Below are positions 39,076 through 48,488 of a stretch of 64,000 nucleotides of DNA, piece after piece. The notes under the pieces were generated by a model. That model did not search any database, had not been told where the DNA came from, and saw nothing but the letters and a program-made list of their open reading frames with translations. A program made the translations under genes and the position numbers. How positions within the stretch are numbered: the first letter of the stretch is position 1; every line of letters starts with the position of its first letter. Source of the stretch: Candidatus Harrisonbacteria bacterium (GTDB lineage Bacteria; Patescibacteriota; Minisyncoccia; UBA6257; 02-FULL-45-10c); assembly GCA_016192685.1 (NCBI GenBank), contig JACPTS010000001.1:33412-97411 (forward strand), given 5' to 3'.

Positions 39076-39448
39076 TAAAAGCTCGCACGACTTGCATGCC
39101 TTATCCACGCCGCCAGCGTTCATCCTGGACCAGGATCAAATCCTCTAAATAAAAGTCAGTTGCACAGAACCCTCGAACGAGTTCCTAGCAACTAACCTTC
39201 GTATTGGGACAACTAGAAAATTTTCTTTTTTACTTGTAATTTTACTAAATTACTAAATTTTATATATTTAGTTATCAAGCCAGCATGTATTATCTTTAAT
39301 TAGTAAAAATAATACACCTATCTTGCGGTTCGTGGTTTTCACCGAGTCAAACTCGGCTTCACACCAGCGGCAAGATAGATGCATTTAGAACCTATCTAGT
39401 AATCTATGAAATTTTTAAATAAAAACTTATTTCATTAAGGTAGTTCTA

Positions 39449-39476
39449 ATTATATTCATAAACAAAATCATGTCAA
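39449..39476 (-). promoter_or_regulatory. consensus promoter for the 16S rRNA gene (TTGACA-16-TATAAT on minus strand)
   Basis: minus-strand TTGACA at 39476..39471, TATAAT at 39454..39449, ~310 nt upstream of mature 5' end. Confidence 0.55.
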
Positions 39477-39484
39477 GAGCCTAT

Positions 39485-39522
39485 CCCCATACCCCTTATT
39501 CGTACGAATAAGGGGTATGGGG
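39485..39522. promoter_or_regulatory. 38-bp perfect palindrome ccccataccccttattcgtacgaataaggggtatgggg just upstream of the rRNA promoter
   Basis: perfect dyad; paralogue with compensatory changes at 19338..19369. Confidence 0.4.
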
Positions 39523-39525
39523 CAA

Positions 39526-39558
39526 ACAAAAAACTGACAAATGTCAGTTTTTTGTTTT
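39526..39558. terminator. bidirectional intrinsic terminator (A8-ctgacaaatgtcag-T7)
   Basis: hairpin flanked by A-run and T-run; downstream of 39584..39805. Confidence 0.65.
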
Positions 39559-39583
39559 GATGAAAATTCTCGAGAATTTTCTT

Positions 39584-39805
39584 TTAAGCTGCGTTACAAG
39601 TACCGCAGTCCTTGCAGTCAAGTTTAACCGGCACTGAAAGCGTAGCTAAGACTAAAGCGTTCCAATACCAGGCCAGCGGTTCAAGGCCTAATACTAAATT
39701 CTTCAGATAAACCGCTGTCCAGGCCATTACCAAAGACAATGCTCCGGCAGTCCAAAGCGCTTTCCAAAGCAAACATTTCGCAGAATGACTAAGTAAACTT
39801 TTCAT
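39584..39805 (-). CDS. small 2-TM membrane protein with C-terminal CxxCGxC motif (paralogue of 61681..61929)
   Basis: shared block LGLEPLAWYWNALVL and C-terminal C(K/G)(D/N)CG(T/M)C with the paralogue. Confidence 0.45.
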   Translation of the reverse strand: MKSLLSHSAKCLLWKALWTAGALSLVMAWTAVYLKNLVLGLEPLAWYWNALVLATLSVPVKLDCKDCGTCNAA

Positions 39806-39853
39806 ATTTTAATAAAAATAATTTCCGACCTTTTGTTAATTTTATTATAGCAT

Positions 39854-39987
39854 ATGAAGCTCCACGGCCTTACGGCCGTGGTTTCTCAGCGGAATTCTCC
39901 GAAGCCAACCCTCCTTCGCATAAAGCTTCGGAGGGTTCTCCTCGCCTTCATCCAACGGCCTTACGGCCGTGGTTTTCGGCGAAGGAG
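39854..39987 (+). repeat. structured repeat family 2, copy B
   Basis: see 1036..1172. Confidence 0.6.
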
Positions 39988-40315
39988 AATAAAAAATAAA
40001 AACCTGACCGAAGTCAGGGCAAGCAAATCTCGCGAATTTCTAAAAGTTTCGGATTTTCAATTGTCTTGTCATCCGCGTTATTTTTCTTCCATTGCTCAAA
40101 TTCTTGTTTAGCTTCTGCTAAACTTTGCGCCGATAAACGCTGTTCTTCCCCAAATACCACTCCTCCTCCGCCCGAAAGCAATTTTAATCTGCCAAAATGA
40201 ACCCGGTAAGAAAGAATCATGGCGCTTATCCGCGGTTTACAAACATCACTATCAAAATAGTAATCCGGCTAATCCAACTTGTCAAACAAAAAAATATCCT
40301 ATATAATATCTAAAT

Positions 40316-40573
40316 ATGAAAACCGATATTCACCCGCAATATTTTCCAAAAGCAAAAGTAAAATGCGCCTGCGGCACGATTTTTGAGGTTGGCTCAACCA
40401 AAGCCGAACTTCAGGTAGAAATCTGTTCTAACTGCCATCCGTTCTTTACCGGTAAAGAAAAGCTGATTGACACCGCCGGAAAAGTGGAGAAGTTCAAAGC
40501 ACGCCGCGCCAAAGCCGCGGAAAAACCAAAAGCGCAGAAAAAGCCGAGAGTGAAGAAACAGAAAAAATCTTAA
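40316..40573 (+). CDS. rpmE: 50S ribosomal protein L31
   Basis: MKTDIHPQY...CACG...[11 protein letters not shown] signature; Lys-rich tail. Confidence 0.9.
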   Translation: MKTDIHPQYFPKAKVKCACGTIFEVGSTKAELQVEICSNCHPFFTGKEKLIDTAGKVEKFKARRAKAAEKPKAQKKPRVKKQKKS

Positions 40574-40653
40574 TTTTTTCAAATAACGAATCATGAATAA
40601 TGAATCATGGGAAATTTTTTATCCCTAATTCATAATTCCTAATTCATAATTCC

Positions 40654-41376
40654 ATGATCCAGAAGATTATCTTAGAAATCCGTGCCGGCGCCGGGGGCGA
40701 TGAAGCCTCAATTTTTGCCGGCGACCTGGCCAGAATGTACCAGCGCTACGCCGCCACTCGCGGCTGGAAATTTTCTATTTTAGATACCAGTCCCGGAACC
40801 ATCGGCGGCTATAAAACTTTTATAAGCCGGGCGGAAGGTGAAGGAATTTATGATGCCTTAAAACAAGAATCCGGAGTGCATCGGGTGCAAAGAATTCCAG
40901 CGACCGAAAAAGCCGGCCGGGTTCACACTTCCACCGCCACCGTAGCCATTCTGCCGGTGGTAGAGCCAAAAGAAGTAAATATTAACCAGGGCGACTTGGA
41001 AATTACTTTTTCCCGCGCCGGCGGCCCGGGCGGACAGAATGTAAATAAAATTGAATCCGCAGTGCGGATTTTACATAAACCCACCGGCATTGTCGTTTCC
41101 TGCCGGCAAGAGCGAAATCAGCACGCCAACCGCGAACGGGCAATGGAAGTTCTCCGCGCGAAACTTTATGAAATCCAGCAATCAAAAGAGGTTGGCGATA
41201 TTACCGCCGCCCGCCGCGAACAAGTCGGCAGTGCCGACCGCTCGGAAAAAATCCGGACTTATAATTTCCCAGACGACCGCATAACCGACCACCGATTTAA
41301 CGTTAAAGTGCATAACATAGAAAAGGTTTTGGAAGGAGATCTGGACGCGCTTTTAAAGAAAATAAATAAAATCTAG
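40654..41376 (+). CDS. class I peptide chain release factor, RF1-type (PAT motif), lacking N-terminal domain 1 (240 aa)
   Basis: GGQ motif (AGGPGGQNVNK), PAT tripeptide (RIPATEKAG), starts at the domain-2 block EIRAGAGGDEA. Confidence 0.75.
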   Translation: MIQKIILEIRAGAGGDEASIFAGDLARMYQRYAATRGWKFSILDTSPGTIGGYKTFISRAEGEGIYDALKQESGVHRVQRIPATEKAGRVHTSTATVAILPVVEPKEVNINQGDLEITFSRAGGPGGQNVNKIESAVRILHKPTGIVVSCRQERNQHANRERAMEVLRAKLYEIQQSKEVGDITAARREQVGSADRSEKIRTYNFPDDRITDHRFNVKVHNIEKVLEGDLDALLKKINKI

Positions 41377-42797
41377 CTATTAAGTATGTCTATATCTTTC
41401 TGAAATCTCTCCGCTTGCGTTACTACCCGGTCGCCGTAAGTCCACAAATAAGTCCGCCAGCGGCCGCCGGCATAATACCGCGCCGCGGCAATTCGTTCAT
41501 TGGCAAGCGAAGCATTGGCCGCTCCGGAATCTTTAAGATATAAAGCTGTTCCCATAAAAGCGTCAGAATTCCGCCAGGGAGAAGGTGGGTTGCTTCCGGT
41601 CACTTCCGCGATTTTAGGCGAATAAAGTTTCCAGGTAGACGGAATAAATTGCGCCGGGCCCATGGCGCCGCCATAAAGGCCGTCGCGGTTCGGACAGGAA
41701 ACTGTTACTGTTTCCGGTTTAATGCCTAATTCGCTAATTAATGCCAAAAATATTGGCACATCTCGCGTCGGGTGCATAGCTTTTTGATAGGTGCAACGGC
41801 CAACATTCTGGCCAAGCGCCGATTCTTTGTCCAATACCGCCAAAGTCAAAGCTGCCCGCACGCCGGTTGCCTGCTCGGCGAATTTGGCAAATTCATAGGC
41901 CTCCTCAAAAGTAAGTTCGCCGCCGCCTAAAAATTCAAAAATCCGGCTGCGAATTTGAGCGGCGGTTTTCTGAGTTTCTTTCAAAAGCGCTTGATATTTT
42001 TGCTCATTGCCCTTAGTGGTTTTTAGCACTTCCGCCTTATCGCCTTTGACGGAATTTAAAGCCGCGCGCTGGGAATCCTGGTAAGCTTTCAACTGTTCGG
42101 TGTCATTCTTTTTAATTGCCAGCGTTTCTTTTTTGTCCAGCAAATCCTCACGCAGCCGAACCACTTTCTCCAAAGTTACCCGCAAACTTTCCTGAATATT
42201 GATTAAATCATTAACATTGGCGAAAAAATCGGAAAGCCGCGGCTGGCGAAGCAAAATTTCCGCCATACTGATACTTTCATTTTCATAAATATTTTGAAGC
42301 GAGCGGGTGAGAACGGCTTTATTTTGTTCAATTTTTTGCTCGGTGGTTAAAATTTGACTTTTATTAACCGTGATTTCTTTATCTAATTTTTGAAGCGATA
42401 AATTAACCGCCTTAATCTGCAAGGTTAATTTATTAATTTGGGCGTTCAATCGGTTAATTTCCGATTGCAAACTTTTCCCTTGAGTTTTGTATTTATCTAC
42501 CGTAGCTTGATATTCATCAATTTGTTTTTCCAGCTCCTCCAGCTGCTTTTCCAATTGCTGGCGTTCTTCATCGCTTTGAGCGGCCAGCGATAACTGATTC
42601 TGGCTGACCGGCGCCAGCGCCGAACCGAATACCAAATAAGAAAAAACGCCGAAAATAACCAGCGCTTTTGAAATAGTAATAAAAGGCAGCCGCAAAATCC
42701 GGTTTTGGTTAAGATTAACTATTTTGTTCAAATTTAAAAGCCGGCCCCGGCTCCCTATTGAATACAAATCCCGCAAAACTTTAGGCTTTGGTCTCAT
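41373..42797 (-). CDS. coiled-coil protein with C-terminal MltB-like lytic transglycosylase domain (likely start at MRPKPK)
   Basis: long heptad-rich region; C-terminal LDKESALGQN ... GPAQFIPSTW similar to MltB/SLT_2; the first 29 codons of track ORF lie in a repeat element. Confidence 0.5.
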   Translation of the reverse strand: MRPKPKVLRDLYSIGSRGRLLNLNKIVNLNQNRILRLPFITISKALVIFGVFSYLVFGSALAPVSQNQLSLAAQSDEERQQLEKQLEELEKQIDEYQATVDKYKTQGKSLQSEINRLNAQINKLTLQIKAVNLSLQKLDKEITVNKSQILTTEQKIEQNKAVLTRSLQNIYENESISMAEILLRQPRLSDFFANVNDLINIQESLRVTLEKVVRLREDLLDKKETLAIKKNDTEQLKAYQDSQRAALNSVKGDKAEVLKTTKGNEQKYQALLKETQKTAAQIRSRIFEFLGGGELTFEEAYEFAKFAEQATGVRAALTLAVLDKESALGQNVGRCTYQKAMHPTRDVPIFLALISELGIKPETVTVSCPNRDGLYGGAMGPAQFIPSTWKLYSPKIAEVTGSNPPSPWRNSDAFMGTALYLKDSGAANASLANERIAAARYYAGGRWRTYLWTYGDRVVTQAERFQKDIDILNS

Positions 42798-42824
42798 ATA
42801 ATAATTATAACTTAAAGCTCTGCC

Positions 42825-42905
42825 TCTCTGCCTACCGGCATCGGAGTCCGCTTGCCGCTGGAGCGAGCGAACCGCGGTTCTCATAGAAATATACTGGCTG
42901 GTTTT
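42825..42905. repeat. partial copy of repeat family 1 (3' stem module ggagtccgcttgccgctggagcgagcg)
   Basis: matches the 63600..63650 module. Confidence 0.45.
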
Positions 42906-42910
42906 CTAAA

Positions 42911-43654
42911 TTATTTTTTAGATTGTTCTTTAGCAGTAGTCTTGGAAGCTTCTTTTGCTGGCGCGGATTTTGCTTCGGCGGCCGGAGTGGCTGCTTCGCC
43001 AGTGGCCGCTTTCCCAGCTTCCCTTTCAGCTTTCTTTTCTTCCGTCTCCACTTTCAAACCTTCCACTCCGGCGGTAGCGGCTTGCTGCATCGCCAGCTCT
43101 TCTTCTTCAGTAACTTTCGCAGTCGCAGTCACAACCACGGTTTCCGGATTAACCAAAACTTTCACGCCAGCCGGCACGGCTAAATCTTTTACATAAATAC
43201 TCTGGCCGATATCCGCCAATTTAGAAATATCCACGGTGAGATGGTGCGGCAAATCAACGGGTAAAGCTTCCACTTCTAATTCCTGAAGCGCTTTTACCAA
43301 AAGCCCGTTTTTTTCTTTCACTGCCGGCGCCACGCCGACAAATTCCATCGGCACTTTCACTTTTAATTTTTCGTCCATCCGCACCTGATATAAATCCACG
43401 CTCTGCATTTCATCGGTAACCGGATCATAAGAAACATCCTGTATTAAAACCGGATGTTTTTTGCCTTCCAATAAAACTTGCACCACGGTATTTTCTCCGG
43501 CAGCTTTAAAAACTTTCCGGAATTCTTTTAATGGCACGCTTAAATGAAGATTTTCCAATCCCCTGCCATAAAGCTCCGCCGGCACTAAACCATCATTCCG
43601 AAGCGCTTTCACGCCGCGGCCCAATTTTCCCCGTTTTTGTACACTAAGTTCCAT
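42911..43654 (-). CDS. rplY: 50S ribosomal protein L25 / general stress protein Ctc form
   Basis: MELSVQKRGKLGRGVKALRNDGLVPAELYG... N-terminal L25 domain + C-terminal extension and Ala/Lys/Glu-rich tail. Confidence 0.85.
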   Translation of the reverse strand: MELSVQKRGKLGRGVKALRNDGLVPAELYGRGLENLHLSVPLKEFRKVFKAAGENTVVQVLLEGKKHPVLIQDVSYDPVTDEMQSVDLYQVRMDEKLKVKVPMEFVGVAPAVKEKNGLLVKALQELEVEALPVDLPHHLTVDISKLADIGQSIYVKDLAVPAGVKVLVNPETVVVTATAKVTEEEELAMQQAATAGVEGLKVETEEKKAEREAGKAATGEAATPAAEAKSAPAKEASKTTAKEQSKK

Positions 43655-43700
43655 AAAGAATATTGAATAATAATAACAAATCTGCCCGATAAGTCAATAA

Positions 43701-44225
43701 TTAGTAAGTAATTAAAGAACGGATGGGATAATCTCTCAGCTGTTTCCGGCCGCCCAATCCGCCAATTTCCAGCAAAAATCCCAGGCCGACTATCTCACCG
43801 CCAAGCTGATTTACCATCCGGACTGCCGCGCCAGCAGTGCCGCCGGTTGCCAAAACATCATCAATAATAATAACCCGCTCTCCCTTTTTAATAGCGTCAA
43901 TATGTATTTCCATTTTGGTTCTTCCGTATTCTAAATCAAATTCTTCAACAATAGTTTGGTGAGGCAATTTCCCTTTTTTTCTCATAATTGCTTGTCCGGC
44001 TCCCAGAAGATAAGCTACCGGCGCCGCCAGCAAAAAACCCCTGGCATCAATGCCCACTACTTTATCAACTTTTTCATCTTTAAAAAAAGCCGTTAACTCG
44101 TCAATAATTTCTCTGAATGCCTTCTGGTCTTCCAGCAATGGCGTGATATCCCTGAATTTCACCCCTGGGATAGGAAAATTATCCACCTCTCGGATTTTAG
44201 CTTTGTATTTATTTAAATCCATCAC
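43701..44225 (-). CDS. apt: adenine phosphoribosyltransferase
   Basis: VVGIDARGF ... VIIIDDVLATGGTAGA PRPP-binding motif. Confidence 0.85.
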   Translation of the reverse strand: MMDLNKYKAKIREVDNFPIPGVKFRDITPLLEDQKAFREIIDELTAFFKDEKVDKVVGIDARGFLLAAPVAYLLGAGQAIMRKKGKLPHQTIVEEFDLEYGRTKMEIHIDAIKKGERVIIIDDVLATGGTAGAAVRMVNQLGGEIVGLGFLLEIGGLGGRKQLRDYPIRSLITY

Positions 44226-44228
44226 CTT

Positions 44229-45095
44229 TTATTTCTTATTAAAAAGCTTCAATCTAGTTTTTACTGCCTCTTTAACGTCTAAAACCGATTTTGCCAATAA
44301 TCTATACGGCGCAATTTCTTCGGGATTTTCTTTTAATTCTTGCTCTAAACCATTTCTCCAAGCCACCCGAAGTTCAGTGCTGATATGAATAATACTCACC
44401 CCGGCATCAATCGCCGCCAGAAAATCTTCATCAGTATTTCCGGAGCCGCCGTGTAAAACTAATGGCACGCCAGCCGCTTTCCGGATGGCACGGATTCTTT
44501 CAATATCTAATCGCGGCTCTGGAGCATCTTTAAACATACCATGCAGGTTCCCTACTGCCGGCGCCAGCATATCCACGCCGGTTTCTTTCACGAACCACGC
44601 CGCATCTTCCGGCTTAGTTAAGTCCTCGGGTTTAATTGCCGCGCCTTTTGGCAATTCTTTTCTAATTATTGAACCACTGCCGATATTGCCAAGCTCGCCC
44701 TCAACTAAAATTTTCGGGTTTTTAGATTTTACGTACTGAACCACCTTTTTAGTCTGTTTGATATTTTCTGCAAGCGGCAAAGTACCGCCGTCAAAAAGAA
44801 TAGCGTCATAGCCGGTAGCCACGGCTTTTTTTATTTCCTCAAAAGATTTGGTATGGTCAGAATTCAAAAAAATCGGAAATTTATATTCCTCCCGCAGACT
44901 TTTCACCAACGCTACCGCTTGTTTCCGGCCTAAAAATCCAGCCTCGCCTTCCGAAGTACCAATAATTACCGGTACACCTAAATCTTTGGCCACCTCAAAA
45001 ATCGCCTTTAATTGCGATGTCTCGGCAACATTAAAATGCCCGATTGCTACTTTCTTTTTTTCTGTTTCTTTTAAAAGTTTTTTCAAAGTTTTCAT
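44229..45095 (-). CDS. fba: class II fructose-bisphosphate (ketose-bisphosphate) aldolase
   Basis: FNVAETSQLKAIFEVA..., SDHTKS, LVLHGGSGNTDEDF motifs. Confidence 0.8.
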   Translation of the reverse strand: MKTLKKLLKETEKKKVAIGHFNVAETSQLKAIFEVAKDLGVPVIIGTSEGEAGFLGRKQAVALVKSLREEYKFPIFLNSDHTKSFEEIKKAVATGYDAILFDGGTLPLAENIKQTKKVVQYVKSKNPKILVEGELGNIGSGSIIRKELPKGAAIKPEDLTKPEDAAWFVKETGVDMLAPAVGNLHGMFKDAPEPRLDIERIRAIRKAAGVPLVLHGGSGNTDEDFLAAIDAGVSIIHISTELRVAWRNGLEQELKENPEEIAPYRLLAKSVLDVKEAVKTRLKLFNKK

Positions 45096-45139
45096 ATCGT
45101 TAATAATAACAAAATTATCCGCATTATTAAAATAAGTAA

Positions 45140-46525
45140 TTATTTTTTATTTCTATCAGAAATATCTTTTATAATTTTTCGTAAAGATTTTTCCGCGGCT
45201 TCCAATTCTTTCATAATTTTCCTCAACAAATCCCTTTCTTCATCAACCAGCATGCGGTTAAGAGTTAATTCTTCCAATCTTTCAAATTGCTTTTCAAAAG
45301 TTTCGCTTAAATCATCGAAAATTTTATCCGCCTGCTTTTCCGCTTCTAAAACTTTATGCTGGATTTTTCTCCTTGTTTGATTCCAAATTATAAACGCAAA
45401 AAGGATTAAAATTACAGCCATCGCTATTGCGATTCTTAAGTAATTCCAGTGCCGGGATTTTATAATCAAAAGATCGCTTACTTCAATTGAATTACCAGCC
45501 CTATCAAAAACTTTTACGATAATTTGATGCTCTCCGGTCGGCTGCGGCGGCAAGACATAAAAACCTTTATTCTGTTTTAATTTTTGGGCATTAAAGAAAT
45601 TTCCTTCGTCTATTTTTATTTCATAGCGGTCAACTCCGCAAAGAGCGTCCGTAGTTGAAAAACCGATGCGCGGCTCTGATTCAAAAGTTTCCCGGCCATC
45701 CGGAAATTGAATTATAAAAGATTCCGGCGGTACCGTATCAATTTGAACGCGATAATGCCCCGCCTTCCCCCAGCCTCGCGCGTTTCTAAACTGAACGTGA
45801 AAATACCATACGCCGTCCTGGACGCCGCCAAGCTCTCTTTCAAAAATCGGAGGTTCATAAACTAAAATCGGCTGGGTATCTGAAAACTGGTCATAAAGCA
45901 CCTTTACCGCAGTCACGTCTTTGGGAAGTTCCCAGATGAATTTCGGATTATTATTTGAATACCAAGAATTTTGATCCGGATGAGTTAAGGAAGTAATGGC
46001 TGGCTTGATTGGCAAAGCCAGCGGCGCCAGTGCCGGTTTTGACGGTAAAATAGGCGGAATAAATCTCCAATTGGCGCCTAAAGCGCCGCCAAAAATATTG
46101 GTTCCCAAACCATCGGCAAGAAGAATTCTCGCGCTGCTGAAATTTAAAGCTCCCTCCCCTGCCTGTTTTACGTGAAAAGTAACAGATAAAACTTCGCCTT
46201 GCGAGCCGGAAAAAGGAGTGGTGTTGCCGCCGGCAAAAGTAATAAGGCCCTTTGAATTATCAAAAGCCGGCTCTACCGGCCAAAGCGAAAATATGGAACC
46301 GGACCTCGCAATGGAAGCCACCCGCAAATAGGATGCCGGAAAATTAATGGTCGCTTCCGCCGCGTTAATGGCATTGCCTCCGGAATGGACATAAACCGAA
46401 GTTTTAATAGTTTGTCCCACGCTGAATTCGCCGCTAGCCGGCGATATGCTATAGGTGCCGCCGGCGGCCAAAACCATTTCAAAAATTAAAAGGAAGGATG
46501 TTGCTGAAAAAATCAATTTTTTCAT
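45140..46525 (-). CDS. cohesin-like domain surface protein with TM anchor and cytoplasmic coiled-coil tail
   Basis: signal peptide; cohesin-like INAAEATINFPASYLRVASI...GEVLSVTFHVKQAGEGALNF; TM VILILFAFII; 461 aa. Confidence 0.45.
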   Translation of the reverse strand: MKKLIFSATSFLLIFEMVLAAGGTYSISPASGEFSVGQTIKTSVYVHSGGNAINAAEATINFPASYLRVASIARSGSIFSLWPVEPAFDNSKGLITFAGGNTTPFSGSQGEVLSVTFHVKQAGEGALNFSSARILLADGLGTNIFGGALGANWRFIPPILPSKPALAPLALPIKPAITSLTHPDQNSWYSNNNPKFIWELPKDVTAVKVLYDQFSDTQPILVYEPPIFERELGGVQDGVWYFHVQFRNARGWGKAGHYRVQIDTVPPESFIIQFPDGRETFESEPRIGFSTTDALCGVDRYEIKIDEGNFFNAQKLKQNKGFYVLPPQPTGEHQIIVKVFDRAGNSIEVSDLLIIKSRHWNYLRIAIAMAVILILFAFIIWNQTRRKIQHKVLEAEKQADKIFDDLSETFEKQFERLEELTLNRMLVDEERDLLRKIMKELEAAEKSLRKIIKDISDRNKK

Positions 46526-47391
46526 AATTTGCGGACAATAAAAATTGCTGCCAAAATAACTAAGAAAATAATCAAGTAAAATAAGTATGGGCTTTCAATT
46601 TGCACCGCGGCTTCTCCAATGGTTTCATTACCGGCCTTATCTATTGCTTTTACTTGTATTAAAATATCGCCTTTTTGATTTTCCAATACATAAGGACTGG
46701 TAACAATTTTCCAGCCCCCCGCCTTCCCATCTGCTATTTCCCGCAATTCATAACGCTCCAACCCCGATTCGCGGTCTTCAGTTAAAAAAGACACGAAATA
46801 TTTTCCGTCAAAAGCCAACGGGGTCCGGCTGATAATGGGTGAAAAGGCGTCCGGCGGGGCAACATCTTTCGGAAGCGCGAAAATTTTTGGTTTTGTTCCA
46901 ACTGGCGCCAAATTTATTTTAAAAGTAAGAGCTTTCAAACTAAGCTCCGCTTCGTCTCCAGACCCATTATTTAAAAGCATTTTTGAAGTGGAAAGAAATT
47001 TTAAAGTCGCTTCGCCGATATTTTTTGCCCTAAAATATATTTTAGTAATAAGGCCGTTTTGACCCTGAAATCCTGGATTAGGCAGTCCTCCTGCCATAGA
47101 AATAGTTCCCAAGACATTGGAAAATGACGGTTCTTTCGGCCACAAACTTAAAATTGAACCGACTTTATCAAATGTGACAACCTCCAATAAATTAGCTGGG
47201 AAATTAAGGTCCGCTTGAACCGCGTTAATTGCTTCGCCGAAACTTCTAATTCGGATTTCCGCTGGGAAAACATCATTTTGGTAAATTGGCTGGCTGGGCA
47301 ACTGAATATAAAGCTCCGCGGCTTGAACTAAATTTAAACCAAAAGCGGCAGAGAAAAACATAATTAAAAATTGTATTTTCATATTTTTCAT
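46522..47391 (-). CDS. cohesin-like domain surface protein with C-terminal TM anchor
   Basis: signal peptide; INAVQADLNFPANLLEVVTF...GLITKIYFRAKNIGEATLKF; C-terminal TM. Confidence 0.45.
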   Translation of the reverse strand: MKNMKIQFLIMFFSAAFGLNLVQAAELYIQLPSQPIYQNDVFPAEIRIRSFGEAINAVQADLNFPANLLEVVTFDKVGSILSLWPKEPSFSNVLGTISMAGGLPNPGFQGQNGLITKIYFRAKNIGEATLKFLSTSKMLLNNGSGDEAELSLKALTFKINLAPVGTKPKIFALPKDVAPPDAFSPIISRTPLAFDGKYFVSFLTEDRESGLERYELREIADGKAGGWKIVTSPYVLENQKGDILIQVKAIDKAGNETIGEAAVQIESPYLFYLIIFLVILAAIFIVRKL

Positions 47392-47395
47392 GATT

Positions 47396-48241
47396 TTAAC
47401 CGGTCCACCAATAAAGCATTATGCTGAAATCTATTAAATCCACCTTTCCGTCTTTATTAAAATCTGTCGCCGGATTTTTTGGAATCCCCCAGTTAAATAA
47501 TAAAATACTAAAATCTGTAAGGTCCACGCGACCATCCGAATTTAAATTACCAACTCTTCTTGAAATTGCTGGCGATGGCACTATCGGAAAAAGCCCGCCA
47601 TCTCCTCCACCACCACCTCCTCCGCCAGATGGCGCTGGAGCCGGCGCGGGAGCAGGGGCCGGCGCGGTCGGAGCTGGTTTTTTCGCGGAAACCTCTATCG
47701 GCGCAATGATTGCCACCATAGCATCATCTTCGTCTAAAGTTGCGTTAGAACTATTTTTTGTAGTAACGCGAATTTTGTAAGACCCCGCGGAAGCTGAATT
47801 GGTAATTTGCTTATCGCCGGTTACTCCAAATACAGCGTTAGTTCCGATTCGCACAATAATGGAACTGCCTCCGGAAATCGCATCACTGTCGTTTAAGACA
47901 TAGGTCAACGAACCGCTGGTTCCGGAAACCGCCGTAAATCCAATGGCACTGCCGGCGCCTGACCCGGCGGACGCGGCAAGAGTTTTTTGAGAATTATTAA
48001 TGAGCAAATCAACATCAGTAAAATCAAGGCCAGGAGGAATATTGAAAGCTCCGGATTGCGGAGTAATAATTATTTTTCCGGAAACCGGAACAACTGTTAT
48101 GGTTGTAAATTTAATAGTGTGATTGGCGGCGATTCCCGGTCCGGAATCAAACAATGTATCACTGACTAAATTAAGAGTAGCGGCTTTTACCGCGGCAGTT
48201 AAAAATAATAACGCTATTATTAAAATTTTTTTAAGATTCAT
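47396..48241 (-). CDS. secreted protein with (PA)n/Gly linker and C-terminal dockerin-like duplicated Ca-binding repeat
   Basis: NSDGRVDLTDFSILLFNW and NKDGKVDLIDFSIMLYWW (DxDGxVDxxDxxxL x2); PAPTAPAPAPAPAPAPSGGGGGGGG linker; signal peptide. Confidence 0.55.
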   Translation of the reverse strand: MNLKKILIIALLFLTAAVKAATLNLVSDTLFDSGPGIAANHTIKFTTITVVPVSGKIIITPQSGAFNIPPGLDFTDVDLLINNSQKTLAASAGSGAGSAIGFTAVSGTSGSLTYVLNDSDAISGGSSIIVRIGTNAVFGVTGDKQITNSASAGSYKIRVTTKNSSNATLDEDDAMVAIIAPIEVSAKKPAPTAPAPAPAPAPAPSGGGGGGGGDGGLFPIVPSPAISRRVGNLNSDGRVDLTDFSILLFNWGIPKNPATDFNKDGKVDLIDFSIMLYWWTG

Positions 48242-48488
48242 CCTTTATTCTATGCCGATAATCCAAATAAAAGTTTAAAAGAACCAGCGCCAATATAATT
48301 CCCCCGCCGATAAAAATTTGCTTATCCATTTCCGCTTCTTTTTTAAGAAGCTTAGTTTCTTTTTCCTGCAGTTGCTTATTAAGCGTATTGATTGGGTTTG
48401 GGGGTATATCAGTATTTACCCCCACAGCGCTTGCCTTAGAAAATAAAATTAATAAACCGGCTAATATCAGCAATAAATAATTTTTCAT
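48231..48488 (-). CDS. small bitopic membrane protein (85 aa)
   Basis: signal peptide + C-terminal TM. Confidence 0.3.
   Translation of the reverse strand: MKNYLLLILAGLLILFSKASAVGVNTDIPPNPINTLNKQLQEKETKLLKKEAEMDKQIFIGGGIILALVLLNFYLDYRHRIKDES

Noticed and set aside
42852-43196. Plus-strand ORFs 42852.. and 42923..
   Set aside because: Antisense to rplY (L25); Ala/Ser/Phe-rich low complexity.
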